Below, piece after piece: positions 10,990-20,733 of a DNA stretch of 64,000 bases. This stretch comes from Candidatus Cloacimonadales bacterium. Lineage in GTDB: Bacteria; Cloacimonadota; Cloacimonadia; Cloacimonadales; JAFGVF01. Positions within the stretch are counted from its first letter, which is position 1. Each line of letters opens with the position of its first letter. The stretch is taken from NCBI GenBank assembly GCA_963678315.1, contig OY782781.1:1056001-1120000 (forward strand), given 5' to 3'. Both the position numbers and the translations under genes were made by a program. The notes under the pieces were generated by a model. The model saw only the letters and a list, made by a program, of their open reading frames with translations. It had not been told where the DNA came from and made no database searches.

Positions 10990-11347
10990 AGACGAACGGA
11001 TGTTCGTCTATATGATAATGCTAATTGCCATAGTTTATTAAATTATCTTTATTCGTACATTTCCATGTACTTCATGATACACACGTCTGTGTGTATCTAC
11101 GGAAAAGGGGGTATGCTATCCTTTTTACAATAAAGCTTTTGCTTAATATCAGTCTTAAAGGGACGCAATATCCAATAGCTTGGGGTTTTAACCTAAATAA
11201 TGTAGCATCTGGGTTCGATTCTAGAGATATATTTAGCTTGTGAAAGATAGTATAAGTCAAACAACTTTAGTAAAAAAACAGAATTTCCTTTACAGATTTT
11301 TATCAAAGTGCTATAATGAAAAAAATAATAATAAAAAAAGGAATACC

Positions 11348-13063
11348 ATGGAGAAAGTATGGGAAATCGGGGGAGAATTATCCCTTAAAGAGAAGAAGTT
11401 CCGAAATGAAATTTCCACAGAACTGAAATGTCCTCGAACGATTGCTGCTCTTCTTATTAAGAAAGGGCTAAATACTAGAGAAGATATTGATGCTTATCTG
11501 AACCCAAAGATTGAAGATATTCATGATCCATTTCTATTTAATGACATGGATAAAGCAGTTGATAGAGTTCTATATGCTATTGACAATAAAGAAAAGATAA
11601 CAATTTATGGGGATTATGATGTTGATGGAACGACATCTACAGCCCTTCTATATCTTGGTTTAACAAAGCTTGGTGGTATTATAGACTATTATATTCCTCA
11701 TAGAATGATAGATGGTTATGGGCTATCTCTTTCAGGCTTAGAGCAGATACAAGAAAACAATACAAAACTAATTATTTCAGTAGATTGTGGGATTAATGCA
11801 ATTGATGAAGTTGAACAGATAAAATCCTATGGAATGGATATTGTAATTACAGACCACCATAATCCTAAAGAAGAGTTACCAAAAGCTTTAGCTATTATTA
11901 ATCCTAAAGTTGAGGGGTGTGGTTATCCATTCAAAAAGCTAGCAGGTGTTGGGGTTGCTTATAAACTTTTAATGGCAATTTTCAAGCGTTTAGGAATAGA
12001 TAATAAAGAGAATATTACCAAGTATTTAGATCTAGTAGCTGTTGGAACTATTGCTGATATTGTACCTTTAGATGGGGAAAACCGAGTTTTCTCTTCATTA
12101 GGGTTAATTCAATTGATTGAGAAGAATAATTATGGACTCAAAGCTCTGATAAATATGGCTAATCTTAATCAAAAGACATTAACTTCTACGGACATAGTTT
12201 TTGGTTTAGCACCTAGAATCAACGCTGCCGGAAGAATGGGTTCTGCTGATATTGCTGTTGAACTTCTTATCTCAAATGACATAATACAATCAAATGAATT
12301 AGCTGAAAATATTGAGAGACAAAATTCTTTGAGACAAAGGGAAGATCAAAAGACTTATCGAGAAGCAATCGAAATTATTGAAAAGAAATACCCTAACATA
12401 GATGATACAGTTTTGATGGTTCTTTCATCTGATAGCTGGCATCAAGGTGTTATTGGCATTGTTGCTTCTAAACTAGTTGAGCAATACAATAAGCCTATAA
12501 TTATGATTTCAGTTAAAGATGGAGTAGGTTCTGGTTCTGGAAGAAGTGTTTCAGACTTTGATTTGTTTAAAGCCCTTACATGTAATGAAGAAGATTTGAT
12601 AAGCTTTGGTGGGCATAAATATGCTGTTGGATTAACTTTATACCAAGAATATATTGATATTTTCGAGAATAAATTAACTGATTACATACGCAAACACATG
12701 ACCCAAACTATTGCACAGCCAATAATAAGTATAGACTCTCATTTAGAATTATACGATATAAATAATACTTTTGTTGATTGGATTGAAAGATTTAGTCCTT
12801 TTGGCTCTGGCAATAAGGTTCCTGTTTTCTATACTGAGAAAGTAGCAGTTTCAACTTATCCCTACGTTGTGGGAAGGAATCATCTTAAACTTAAAGTTAT
12901 TAAAGATGGGGTAGAACTTGATTTAATAGGCTATAACCTTGGAGATTACTTAACCCATATTAGAAAAAATAGTGTCATCGATATTGCTTATTCTGTTGAA
13001 ATTAATACTTTCTTCAAAAAGAAGACAATCCAAGGTAAATTGATTGATATAAAGATTGATTAA
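11348..13063 (+). CDS. recJ: Single-stranded-DNA exonuclease RecJ
   Basis: YGDYDVDG, VDCG, TDHH, PRINAAGR, GSGRS and GGH motifs; start moved to ATG 11348. Confidence 0.95.
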   Translation: MEKVWEIGGELSLKEKKFRNEISTELKCPRTIAALLIKKGLNTREDIDAYLNPKIEDIHDPFLFNDMDKAVDRVLYAIDNKEKITIYGDYDVDGTTSTALLYLGLTKLGGIIDYYIPHRMIDGYGLSLSGLEQIQENNTKLIISVDCGINAIDEVEQIKSYGMDIVITDHHNPKEELPKALAIINPKVEGCGYPFKKLAGVGVAYKLLMAIFKRLGIDNKENITKYLDLVAVGTIADIVPLDGENRVFSSLGLIQLIEKNNYGLKALINMANLNQKTLTSTDIVFGLAPRINAAGRMGSADIAVELLISNDIIQSNELAENIERQNSLRQREDQKTYREAIEIIEKKYPNIDDTVLMVLSSDSWHQGVIGIVASKLVEQYNKPIIMISVKDGVGSGSGRSVSDFDLFKALTCNEEDLISFGGHKYAVGLTLYQEYIDIFENKLTDYIRKHMTQTIAQPIISIDSHLELYDINNTFVDWIERFSPFGSGNKVPVFYTEKVAVSTYPYVVGRNHLKLKVIKDGVELDLIGYNLGDYLTHIRKNSVIDIAYSVEINTFFKKKTIQGKLIDIKID

Positions 13064-13065
13064 TC

Positions 13066-13902
13066 ATGATAAACAACATTAAATATCTATTATTACTATG
13101 TCTTCTAAGTCTTTGCATAGTTTCTTGTGCTAGCTATAAGAAAACTAATTTACATATTGAAAAAGTTGAACTTCTCGGACTTGTTAATCATGAGATAGAC
13201 TTTTCGGATATAGCTTATGATGAGAGAAGCAAGACTCTTTTTGTTGCAGACAAGCAAAGTAACAAAATTAGCTTATATAAAGATTTCAAATATCAAAATA
13301 AGTTTGGTGGATCTGGTTTTAATAATACACAATTCCAAAGACTGTCAGATATTGCAATAGCTTCTAATGGTAATCTACTTGCTTTAGATGACTTGGATAA
13401 AAGAATAAAGATATATAATACTGATGGTAAGTATTTGAATATAATTGATTTAAAGAAGTTCTCTAATCCAGTTAAATTCAGTATTGATAGAGATGATTTT
13501 TTGTATATCTACGACAACAATCAACAAGAGATAATTGTCTACAATCTATTGAACGACAGTGAATTTATTAGATTCGGAAAGTTTGAGATTGATTTACCAA
13601 TAAATATAGTGATTCATGGGGATTTACTAAGTATTAGAACTTACGACGATGAAACTGATTTCTACACTACAATGGGTGAGTTTGTGCAAGCTGTACCCAA
13701 ACTTGCAGTTCAGGATAGATATGAGAATGTAATAACTCACGAGGGCAGATTTTTAAAAATCAATGGGGATATATATCCCAGTATTGTTTTACCATTACAA
13801 GTAAAATTTATAGATATTAACGGAGATAGCTTGATAATTGCAAGTAGTAATCAAATACAATTATTTAAGCTGAATTATAGAAGATTAGGAGATGATAAAT
13901 AG
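13066..13902 (+). CDS. NHL-repeat/beta-propeller lipoprotein
   Basis: Lipobox-like IVSC; repeated DIA...VAD...I blades. Confidence 0.65.
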   Translation: MINNIKYLLLLCLLSLCIVSCASYKKTNLHIEKVELLGLVNHEIDFSDIAYDERSKTLFVADKQSNKISLYKDFKYQNKFGGSGFNNTQFQRLSDIAIASNGNLLALDDLDKRIKIYNTDGKYLNIIDLKKFSNPVKFSIDRDDFLYIYDNNQQEIIVYNLLNDSEFIRFGKFEIDLPINIVIHGDLLSIRTYDDETDFYTTMGEFVQAVPKLAVQDRYENVITHEGRFLKINGDIYPSIVLPLQVKFIDINGDSLIIASSNQIQLFKLNYRRLGDDK

Positions 13903-15405
13903 ATGGCTAATAAAAATATAAGCTACTACACATATATTATTTTTGCAGCAATTGCTTTGGGGATTAGTAGGTACTCGTATAGTTTAGGGATATTTGCTTT
14001 CATTGGCTTTATTCCATTGTTTAGATTCTTTGAACAAGCAAAACATAAGACTTTAACTCTTCTCAAAGCAGGTGCAATATTCTCGATAATAAATACTTTA
14101 ATCTCCTATCACTGGGTCGGTGTAGTAACTATTCCGGGTTTAATTGGAATGATTATTCTGTTTGGACTCTACTATTGGGCAAGTTTTGGAATGATAAACT
14201 ATATCTGGAATAAGAACCCTAAGCTAAAATTGTGGGGCTTCATCATGACTTGGATGGCTTTGGAATCATTTACTTTCTTAACTGAATTTAGATTTCCATG
14301 GCTAAACATAGGTTATGCGCTAGTTGATTTTAACTACTTACTACAAATAGCTGATATTGGTGGGGTTTACCTCTTATCTTTCTTAGTCTTGCTAGCAAAT
14401 GTTATTATCTACCAAATTATGCAAGGGAAAAAGCAGTTCATATATGTAATGCTAATACTTGTAACTGTCTGGTTAGGATATGGATATGTAAGGTCTTCTA
14501 ATATAAAGCTAACTAAAGAAGATATTAAAGTAAAAGTTATGCAACCATGTATTCCGGTTGATAAGTTTGATATGGATTTGCAGGATATTCTAAATATTTA
14601 TGATAAACAAGCTTATTATGCTTCATTAGAAGATGTAGATTTGCACATCTGGCCAGAAGCTTCTATGCCAATCTCTATGTTAGATCCTAATTATGCTAAC
14701 GTTAAGGAAGCAGTTAGAGCCATAGCTAAACGCTATAAACTAAATCTCTTCTTAGGTACTATCCATCATGAGAAAGCACCAGAAAACTACTATTTTGACC
14801 AATATAACTATAATACAGCTGTAATGGTGTCTTATCCAGAATTAACATTCTCAGAACCTTACTTCAAAAGAATTTTAGTTCCTGTTGGAGAAAGAATGCC
14901 ATATTTAGACTACTTACCTTTCTTGAGAAACTTAGAGTTTGGTCAAGCAAATTGGGAATTCGGAAAAGAAGCTAAATTCTATCATGTTAAGACTAAACAA
15001 GGTAAAGAATTTACTTATTCTCCACAGATATGTTATGAGATTATCTTTCCAGAAATATCCAATGAAATAGCAAGGCACGATGTTGATTTTATAGTTAATA
15101 TTACTAATGATGCTTGGTTCGGCAATACAGTCGGCACTTTCCAGCATGCTATGATGACAAGGGTGAGAGCTATCGAAACAAGAAAGCCTATCATCAGATG
15201 TGCTAACAATGGACACTCAATGGTTGTATCCCCTAATGGTAAGATTGAGACTTATTCCAAGCTTAACGACTTATCAAATTTCGATGCTCCTGTATTCACA
15301 ACAAGCAGTGAGTCAATCTATGTGAAGTACTTGTATGGAATTAAATATTTCTTCTTTGCAGGCTTATTTATTGTTTTTTTACTTGCCAAGTTTTTGAAAG
15401 TGTAG
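13903..15405 (+). CDS. lnt: Apolipoprotein N-acyltransferase
   Basis: TM N-terminus, FPW motif, nitrilase triad WPE / K in YFKRILVPVGE / ICYE, TNDAWFG. Confidence 0.93.
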   Translation: MANKNISYYTYIIFAAIALGISRYSYSLGIFAFIGFIPLFRFFEQAKHKTLTLLKAGAIFSIINTLISYHWVGVVTIPGLIGMIILFGLYYWASFGMINYIWNKNPKLKLWGFIMTWMALESFTFLTEFRFPWLNIGYALVDFNYLLQIADIGGVYLLSFLVLLANVIIYQIMQGKKQFIYVMLILVTVWLGYGYVRSSNIKLTKEDIKVKVMQPCIPVDKFDMDLQDILNIYDKQAYYASLEDVDLHIWPEASMPISMLDPNYANVKEAVRAIAKRYKLNLFLGTIHHEKAPENYYFDQYNYNTAVMVSYPELTFSEPYFKRILVPVGERMPYLDYLPFLRNLEFGQANWEFGKEAKFYHVKTKQGKEFTYSPQICYEIIFPEISNEIARHDVDFIVNITNDAWFGNTVGTFQHAMMTRVRAIETRKPIIRCANNGHSMVVSPNGKIETYSKLNDLSNFDAPVFTTSSESIYVKYLYGIKYFFFAGLFIVFLLAKFLKV

Positions 15406-15437
15406 TTAAGTTGGCAAAGTAACATTTTAAGGTGATT

Positions 15438-15791
15438 ATGGAAAAACTATATTATACTATTACAGAAGTAAGTGAATTGCTAGATTTAAAGCCTTACGTC
15501 ATTCGCTATTGGGAAACCGAGTTTCCTCAAATAAAAGGAAGCAGAAGACAAGGACGTAATAGGCGCTATACACCAAATGAAGTTGAGTTTATTAAGCAAC
15601 TTAAAGAGTTGTTACATGAAAAGAAGTTCACTATTAAAGGTGCAAAGCAAAAACTTAAAGAGAAGAAACAGGTAGCTCAAACAGTTGTAACTACTAAGCC
15701 AGCTGTTGATAAACTTGGTAAGTTAAAAGCAATAAAAGAAAAGATTCATTATATCAGCACTTTGGTAGAATCTGCTACTAGTAAATCCTAG
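15438..15791 (+). CDS. MerR-family HTH regulator
   Basis: YYTITEVSELLDLKPYVIRYWETEFP...RRYT. Confidence 0.88.
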   Translation: MEKLYYTITEVSELLDLKPYVIRYWETEFPQIKGSRRQGRNRRYTPNEVEFIKQLKELLHEKKFTIKGAKQKLKEKKQVAQTVVTTKPAVDKLGKLKAIKEKIHYISTLVESATSKS

Positions 15792-15794
15792 TTA

Positions 15795-16415
15795 TTATAC
15801 TAAGAAGTTTAGCAGAGCAAAAAAAGCCATTAGAATCATCATTACCCCTGATGCTTTTCTAATGTTGCGTTGGAACTTCTCGGATACAAACTTCTTGAAG
15901 TGGCTGATAAGGTAAGTCATTCCTATCCACCAAGCTGTAGAACCTAATAATATCCCAATTACTACTGTTGTTACGTCCATTACCCTATTTGAGGCACTAA
16001 TTGACATATGGAATAAGATAAATATCTGTAAGAATACAAATATAGTAGGTGGATTAATTATTGCTAATAAGAAGGTGTTTCTAAACTCATGATGCAGTTT
16101 AGGAGTCTTAGTTTTAACTTCAAAATCACTCTTTTTAAGGATTCTAATCCCTAATAAGGTCAGAACTACGGCAGAAATAATTCTTACCCAAAACTGGTTA
16201 TCTTTAAGGAACTGGTCAATTTGCATTACTCCTAGCGAAGCAATAAAAGCAAATATAGCATCAGCCGAAGCAGATCCCATTCCGGCAGCAAAGCCACTTC
16301 TTTTACCCTTCTCCATTATTCTGTGAAGCGCAAAGAAGGTTATAGGTCCTGAAGGCATTGATGTTACTATACCAGTAATAAATGCCTTAAAAAATAAAAC
16401 GTAATCTATATTCAT
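15795..16415 (-). CDS. LysE-family exporter
   Basis: PSGP motif, G-x-ASAD, INPPT; hydrophobic helices. Confidence 0.82.
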   Translation of the reverse strand: MNIDYVLFFKAFITGIVTSMPSGPITFFALHRIMEKGKRSGFAAGMGSASADAIFAFIASLGVMQIDQFLKDNQFWVRIISAVVLTLLGIRILKKSDFEVKTKTPKLHHEFRNTFLLAIINPPTIFVFLQIFILFHMSISASNRVMDVTTVVIGILLGSTAWWIGMTYLISHFKKFVSEKFQRNIRKASGVMMILMAFFALLNFLV

Positions 16416-16636
16416 AATCCAAACTTCTTTCTACTTAATTAAATTCATGCAATACAAAGTTTATATTGTTGTAAAGGTATTTTTGAATAAGTTAATTTAA
16501 CAAACACTATAGATGCGTGATAATAAAGGACTTTACCCTATGTTTAGTTATTGAATTTTACTCTAAGTTATTAATAATCTTGCATAAAAATATTAAAACT
16601 TAAAAGTAGGATTATTATTTGAGGAAATGGTAAGAT

Positions 16637-16924
16637 ATGAAAGTCATTTTAGTGTTTGTAATCGGATTTATCCTAGGTTCTTTTCTTCTTAAGAAGGCTA
16701 AGATCTTTAAAATAAGCTCAATTGCTACAGATTGGAGCTTATATCTTTTATTGTTAGTGCTAGGTATTACAATTGGTGCTAATGATAAGATAGTTAGTAA
16801 CTTCTTTAGCATAGGGTTAAAGAGCTTTCTGTTTGCAATTGCTTCAATTCTTGGTAGTATAGTTTTTATTCTTCCCTTGTATTTAATCTTCAAAAAGAAG
16901 GTAAATCATGAAACAAAGTCTTAA
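16637..16924 (+). CDS. LysO/DUF340 family transporter, N-terminal half
   Basis: Small three-helix membrane protein with LLLVLGITIGAN. Confidence 0.7.
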   Translation: MKVILVFVIGFILGSFLLKKAKIFKISSIATDWSLYLLLLVLGITIGANDKIVSNFFSIGLKSFLFAIASILGSIVFILPLYLIFKKKVNHETKS

Positions 16925-17513
16925 GTTCTTAGCTATATTTGCTATCGGAGTTCTTATAGGAATATATATTAAGTTCCCAGAAAGCATAGACTTTGACTTC
17001 ATATCAGAGATTCTTTTGTATATGCTTGTCTTTAGTGTAGGAATATCACTTGCTAAATCAGAAGGAGTCTTTCGGATAATCAAGACCTATCATCTAAAAT
17101 TGTTCTTACTTCCTCTAATGATAATAATAGGCAGCTTAGTTGGCTCTGTATTACTTGGAATGTTCTATCCTGATGTAAACTTAAAACACTCACTGGGCTT
17201 AGGCTCTGGTTTAGGTTATTATAGCTTATCTAGTCTGATGATTTCTCAGTACGGCTTTAAAGAAATATCTGCTATAGCTTTAATGAGCAATATACTACGA
17301 GAACTTATTACCCTGATTACAGCTCCAATAATGATAAAAGTATTTGGACGCTTTGCTCCTATTGCTTCTGCAGGTGCTACTTCTATGGATACTACTCTTG
17401 GAGTTGTTTTGAAGCATACAGGAGAAAAGAATGCAGTAATCTCGATGTTCAATGGTGTTATACTGAGTCTAATGGTGCCTCTATTAATAACCTTAATCTA
17501 TTCCGTTTTGTAA
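16908..17513 (+). CDS. LysO/DUF340 family transporter, C-terminal half
   Basis: GLGYYSLSS, NILRE and GATSMDTTL motifs. Confidence 0.85.
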   Translation: MKQSLKFLAIFAIGVLIGIYIKFPESIDFDFISEILLYMLVFSVGISLAKSEGVFRIIKTYHLKLFLLPLMIIIGSLVGSVLLGMFYPDVNLKHSLGLGSGLGYYSLSSLMISQYGFKEISAIALMSNILRELITLITAPIMIKVFGRFAPIASAGATSMDTTLGVVLKHTGEKNAVISMFNGVILSLMVPLLITLIYSVL

Positions 17514-17551
17514 TATTATAAACTAGTAAACCCCTATCTTTAAAAGGAAAT

Positions 17552-18184
17552 ATGATGCAAATTAAAAATATAATCTGGGACTTCGATGGAACTCTAATGG
17601 ATACTTATCCGGCAATAGCAAGAACAACCTATAATGTCAGTCAAAAGAATGGAGCTCAAGTAAGTTATGATGATATCTATAGGTTAAGCAAAGTTACTCT
17701 CAAAACAGCACTGCAAGCAATATCTAACGAGTCAGGTAAAACAGTAGAAGAGCTCTTTCAAGAGTATTTGGAAGAATATCCTAATTTCCCAGCAAGCACC
17801 TTAAAGGTATTTCCTATTGTCGAGAATGTGCTTCAATATGTAATCAGTAATGGTGGAAAGAACTATCTAATAACAAATCGAGATAAAGAATCCTTGTATA
17901 ATCACTTAGAAGAGCATAATTTAGACATATACTTCTCTGATATAATTACAGGATCTTGTGGCTTTCCTAGAAAACCAGACCCTTCAGCTTTTTTACACCT
18001 AAAAGCAGAACACAAGTTATCTGGGAAAGATACTATTACGGTAGGGGATAGGTTTATTGATGTTGAAGCAGGTCAGCAGGCTGGTTTTGCAGGCATTATA
18101 TATGACCCAGCAAGTTACATTCCTGAGAGTAAGTTTCAGAAAGTTACTTCTTACGCAGAATTACTAGATTTGCTTAGACTTTAA
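17552..18184 (+). CDS. HAD-superfamily hydrolase (IA)
   Basis: WDFDGTLMDT, TN, RKPDP, VGDRFID. Confidence 0.9.
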   Translation: MMQIKNIIWDFDGTLMDTYPAIARTTYNVSQKNGAQVSYDDIYRLSKVTLKTALQAISNESGKTVEELFQEYLEEYPNFPASTLKVFPIVENVLQYVISNGGKNYLITNRDKESLYNHLEEHNLDIYFSDIITGSCGFPRKPDPSAFLHLKAEHKLSGKDTITVGDRFIDVEAGQQAGFAGIIYDPASYIPESKFQKVTSYAELLDLLRL

Positions 18185-19235
18185 TTCTTTCGAGAATCTG
18201 TTCTTCTATTGATTTGTCTGTAGGACTAAGCTCCACTGCTAATACTACATAAGGTATTGGGAAGTCTTGTAGTTGTTTGATTTTCACATAGTCTTTCTCT
18301 GTTATGATTAAGCTGTTAAAGTTTCCTTTTGCATAAGATTTCTTTATCTGCTCAATTATCTCAGGATCATCATAAGCAAAGTGGTCTGTTAGCTTAAAAT
18401 GTTTAGTAAAGACAATGCCGTATTCTCTACAACTTTTCTCAAAGCCTTCTGGATAGCCAATCCCTGACAGAAGTGCATTTCTTCCCTTGTTTAGCTCAGA
18501 TACTTCAACATTCTTGTGCTGAGAATCATATAGAGCAAGTGGCTGATAATTAAACTTAAGAATATCGACTCCTGAATTAAGTAATTGTAGGGGAATATTC
18601 TTATCATCTAGCTGATTCCAGATTAGAAAAGATGCCTTATTCATTGTGCAAGTAAATTCTCTTAGAAGACCTGCTGGTAGAGTGAATCCATTGCCTAATC
18701 CAAAGCCTGAGTTGAATATCAAGAAGTCATAGTCATGCTTCACTTTTAAGTGCTGAAAAGAATCATCTAGTATTACGAAGTCTGTATCAGGATATTCACT
18801 TTCTATCATCTCAAGGGATTTTCTTCTATCTTTCCCTACAATCACAGGAATATTACTAAGCTTCTGGGCTAAGAGTAAAGGCTCATCACCGGCTAGTTTA
18901 GCTTCTTCAAAGACTTCTTTCCCATTGGAAATAAACTTATTGCTATCTTCATAAGCACCTTTATAGCCTCTATGTGATACGATTATCTTGAATCCCTTTC
19001 TTGTAAGCAAATTAGCTAAGAATATGGTAAAAGGGGTTTTCCCTGCTCCACCACTCACAATATTTCCAACAGAAATTATTTTAATATCTGATTTGTATGA
19101 TTTAAACAATCCCAGCGTGTAAAATACTCTTCTAATATACTGCACACTTCCATAGCCTATCCCAAGGGGGGCTAGCAAGTATGACAATATAGATCTTTTT
19201 CGAAGATGCTTATCGATTAGTTTTTGAAGGTCCAA
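18174..19235 (-). CDS. lpxK: Tetraacyldisaccharide 4'-kinase
   Basis: SVGNIVSGGAGKTP, RGYKG, GDEP, LDDSFQH, LPAGLLRE, TEKD. Confidence 0.95.
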   Translation of the reverse strand: MDLQKLIDKHLRKRSILSYLLAPLGIGYGSVQYIRRVFYTLGLFKSYKSDIKIISVGNIVSGGAGKTPFTIFLANLLTRKGFKIIVSHRGYKGAYEDSNKFISNGKEVFEEAKLAGDEPLLLAQKLSNIPVIVGKDRRKSLEMIESEYPDTDFVILDDSFQHLKVKHDYDFLIFNSGFGLGNGFTLPAGLLREFTCTMNKASFLIWNQLDDKNIPLQLLNSGVDILKFNYQPLALYDSQHKNVEVSELNKGRNALLSGIGYPEGFEKSCREYGIVFTKHFKLTDHFAYDDPEIIEQIKKSYAKGNFNSLIITEKDYVKIKQLQDFPIPYVVLAVELSPTDKSIEEQILERIKV

Positions 19236-19243
19236 TCTTACTC

Positions 19244-20443
19244 CTAGAAAGCCTGACCAAAGTTTATTCTGATTTGTAAATCTTCTTCTTCAGAGTGACC
19301 TAAGTCTGCTCGTATAACCATGTCTTGATTGAAGTAGAATCTAAAACCACCACCCCAACAGTATTTCATGTCTTCAAAGAATAGTGAAAAGTCATAATCT
19401 GGTGCAACTCTTCCTAATTCCCCGAAAACCATTCCTTGGAATCTATGTCCATAAATAGGGAATCTATATTCTGATTGCATCAAGAATGAGTGTCTATCCC
19501 TAAAACGATAGTAGTAGTAGCCTCTAAAAGTCTCGAAATCACCTAATAATGCTTGGTCTAAGTAAGGAGCAACTTCGGTGTATTGCCCTTCTTCTTGGAA
19601 AACATAATTCATTAATAGAGTTCTTTCTTGGTCAACAACTTCTTTACCATCGGTGAACTGGGTATATGCTCTTAAAGCTAAAGTGCTTCTTTCTGTAATT
19701 GGAATAAATCCCATTAAATCAGCATCAATTTTGTAATAATCCCAGTCATTGTCTTTATCATGACCTAACATATTCAAACTCTTCTTCACAGAAGTAATGA
19801 ATTTTACTCCTTGATGAGGATTCATCTTGTTGTCTACAAAAGAAGATTCTAAGCCTAGTGTCATTGTATCTGTTATATAATCTTTTTCTTTAGAAGAAGA
19901 AGACTCGTATCTATATTCTGTATATAAATCAGTGTGGTCAAACAAGCTGTACTTTAGTCCTCCATAATATGCTTGGGTCCAACCTTCTTTAATTGCATAT
20001 CCTTTGCTAGTTGGAATTGTTCCAACTGTAGGAATATCCATAGTCTCAGCTTCGTAGTTTGGACTATCATTTCCTAACCAATAGATTCTCACATCATTGA
20101 ACTTTATAATTGAAGTTGATGCATAAGTTGAAAGTTTGTCATTTAGGCTAATGTCGTAAAGGTCAACCCATAGGGTAGAGGTATTACTGGTAGGACTCCA
20201 CAAGGCTCCAACAGAAGTCTTAGCTCCTTTTTCCATAATGTCGATATTATAATAGAAGGCACCAATCATAAAACCAGCTTCATTTATATAGAATCCAAAG
20301 GGGATTAGCTTAGATTTTTCGTTTTCTTCTACTTTATAGAAGTCAATAACTGGGTCGATAATATTTGAAAGAGCTCTAGAAGAGAGTAAGTTTATGCTTA
20401 TTAGTAAAGATAGTAACAGCACTATATTTTTAGTTTTAATCAT
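19244..20443 (-). CDS. Omp85/BamA-TamA-like outer-membrane beta-barrel without evident POTRA domains
   Basis: Signal peptide, FRGY lid motif, GGGFRFY...RADLG, C-terminal FGQAF. Confidence 0.75.
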   Translation of the reverse strand: MIKTKNIVLLLSLLISINLLSSRALSNIIDPVIDFYKVEENEKSKLIPFGFYINEAGFMIGAFYYNIDIMEKGAKTSVGALWSPTSNTSTLWVDLYDISLNDKLSTYASTSIIKFNDVRIYWLGNDSPNYEAETMDIPTVGTIPTSKGYAIKEGWTQAYYGGLKYSLFDHTDLYTEYRYESSSSKEKDYITDTMTLGLESSFVDNKMNPHQGVKFITSVKKSLNMLGHDKDNDWDYYKIDADLMGFIPITERSTLALRAYTQFTDGKEVVDQERTLLMNYVFQEEGQYTEVAPYLDQALLGDFETFRGYYYYRFRDRHSFLMQSEYRFPIYGHRFQGMVFGELGRVAPDYDFSLFFEDMKYCWGGGFRFYFNQDMVIRADLGHSEEEDLQIRINFGQAF

Positions 20444-20733
20444 TTGCACCTCATAATCATTTTATTCAATATCTGAACAATCAACTAAAATTGTCAAAGT
20501 TTAATTAAATATTCAGCGTTTTGAAATTTTCTAAAAAAAGTATATTTTGCTTGATTGTGCCTGTAAGTTCCCTGTTTATAAAAGATTATAGCTTTACGAT
20601 GTTCACTTAGAAGTCTAGTCAAAAACAAAAATTTGACAACAAGATTTTTTTTCGTATAGTTGGGGATAATTATTTTATAAGCTGTAAAATAGTGACTTAG
20701 TTTATTATAAAATTTGTACTTAGGAGTTATATT

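Noticed and set aside
16637..17513. LysO as a frameshifted pseudogene
   Set aside because: Both halves have their own start and RBS-like sequence, and two-gene LysO/DUF340 arrangements are common.
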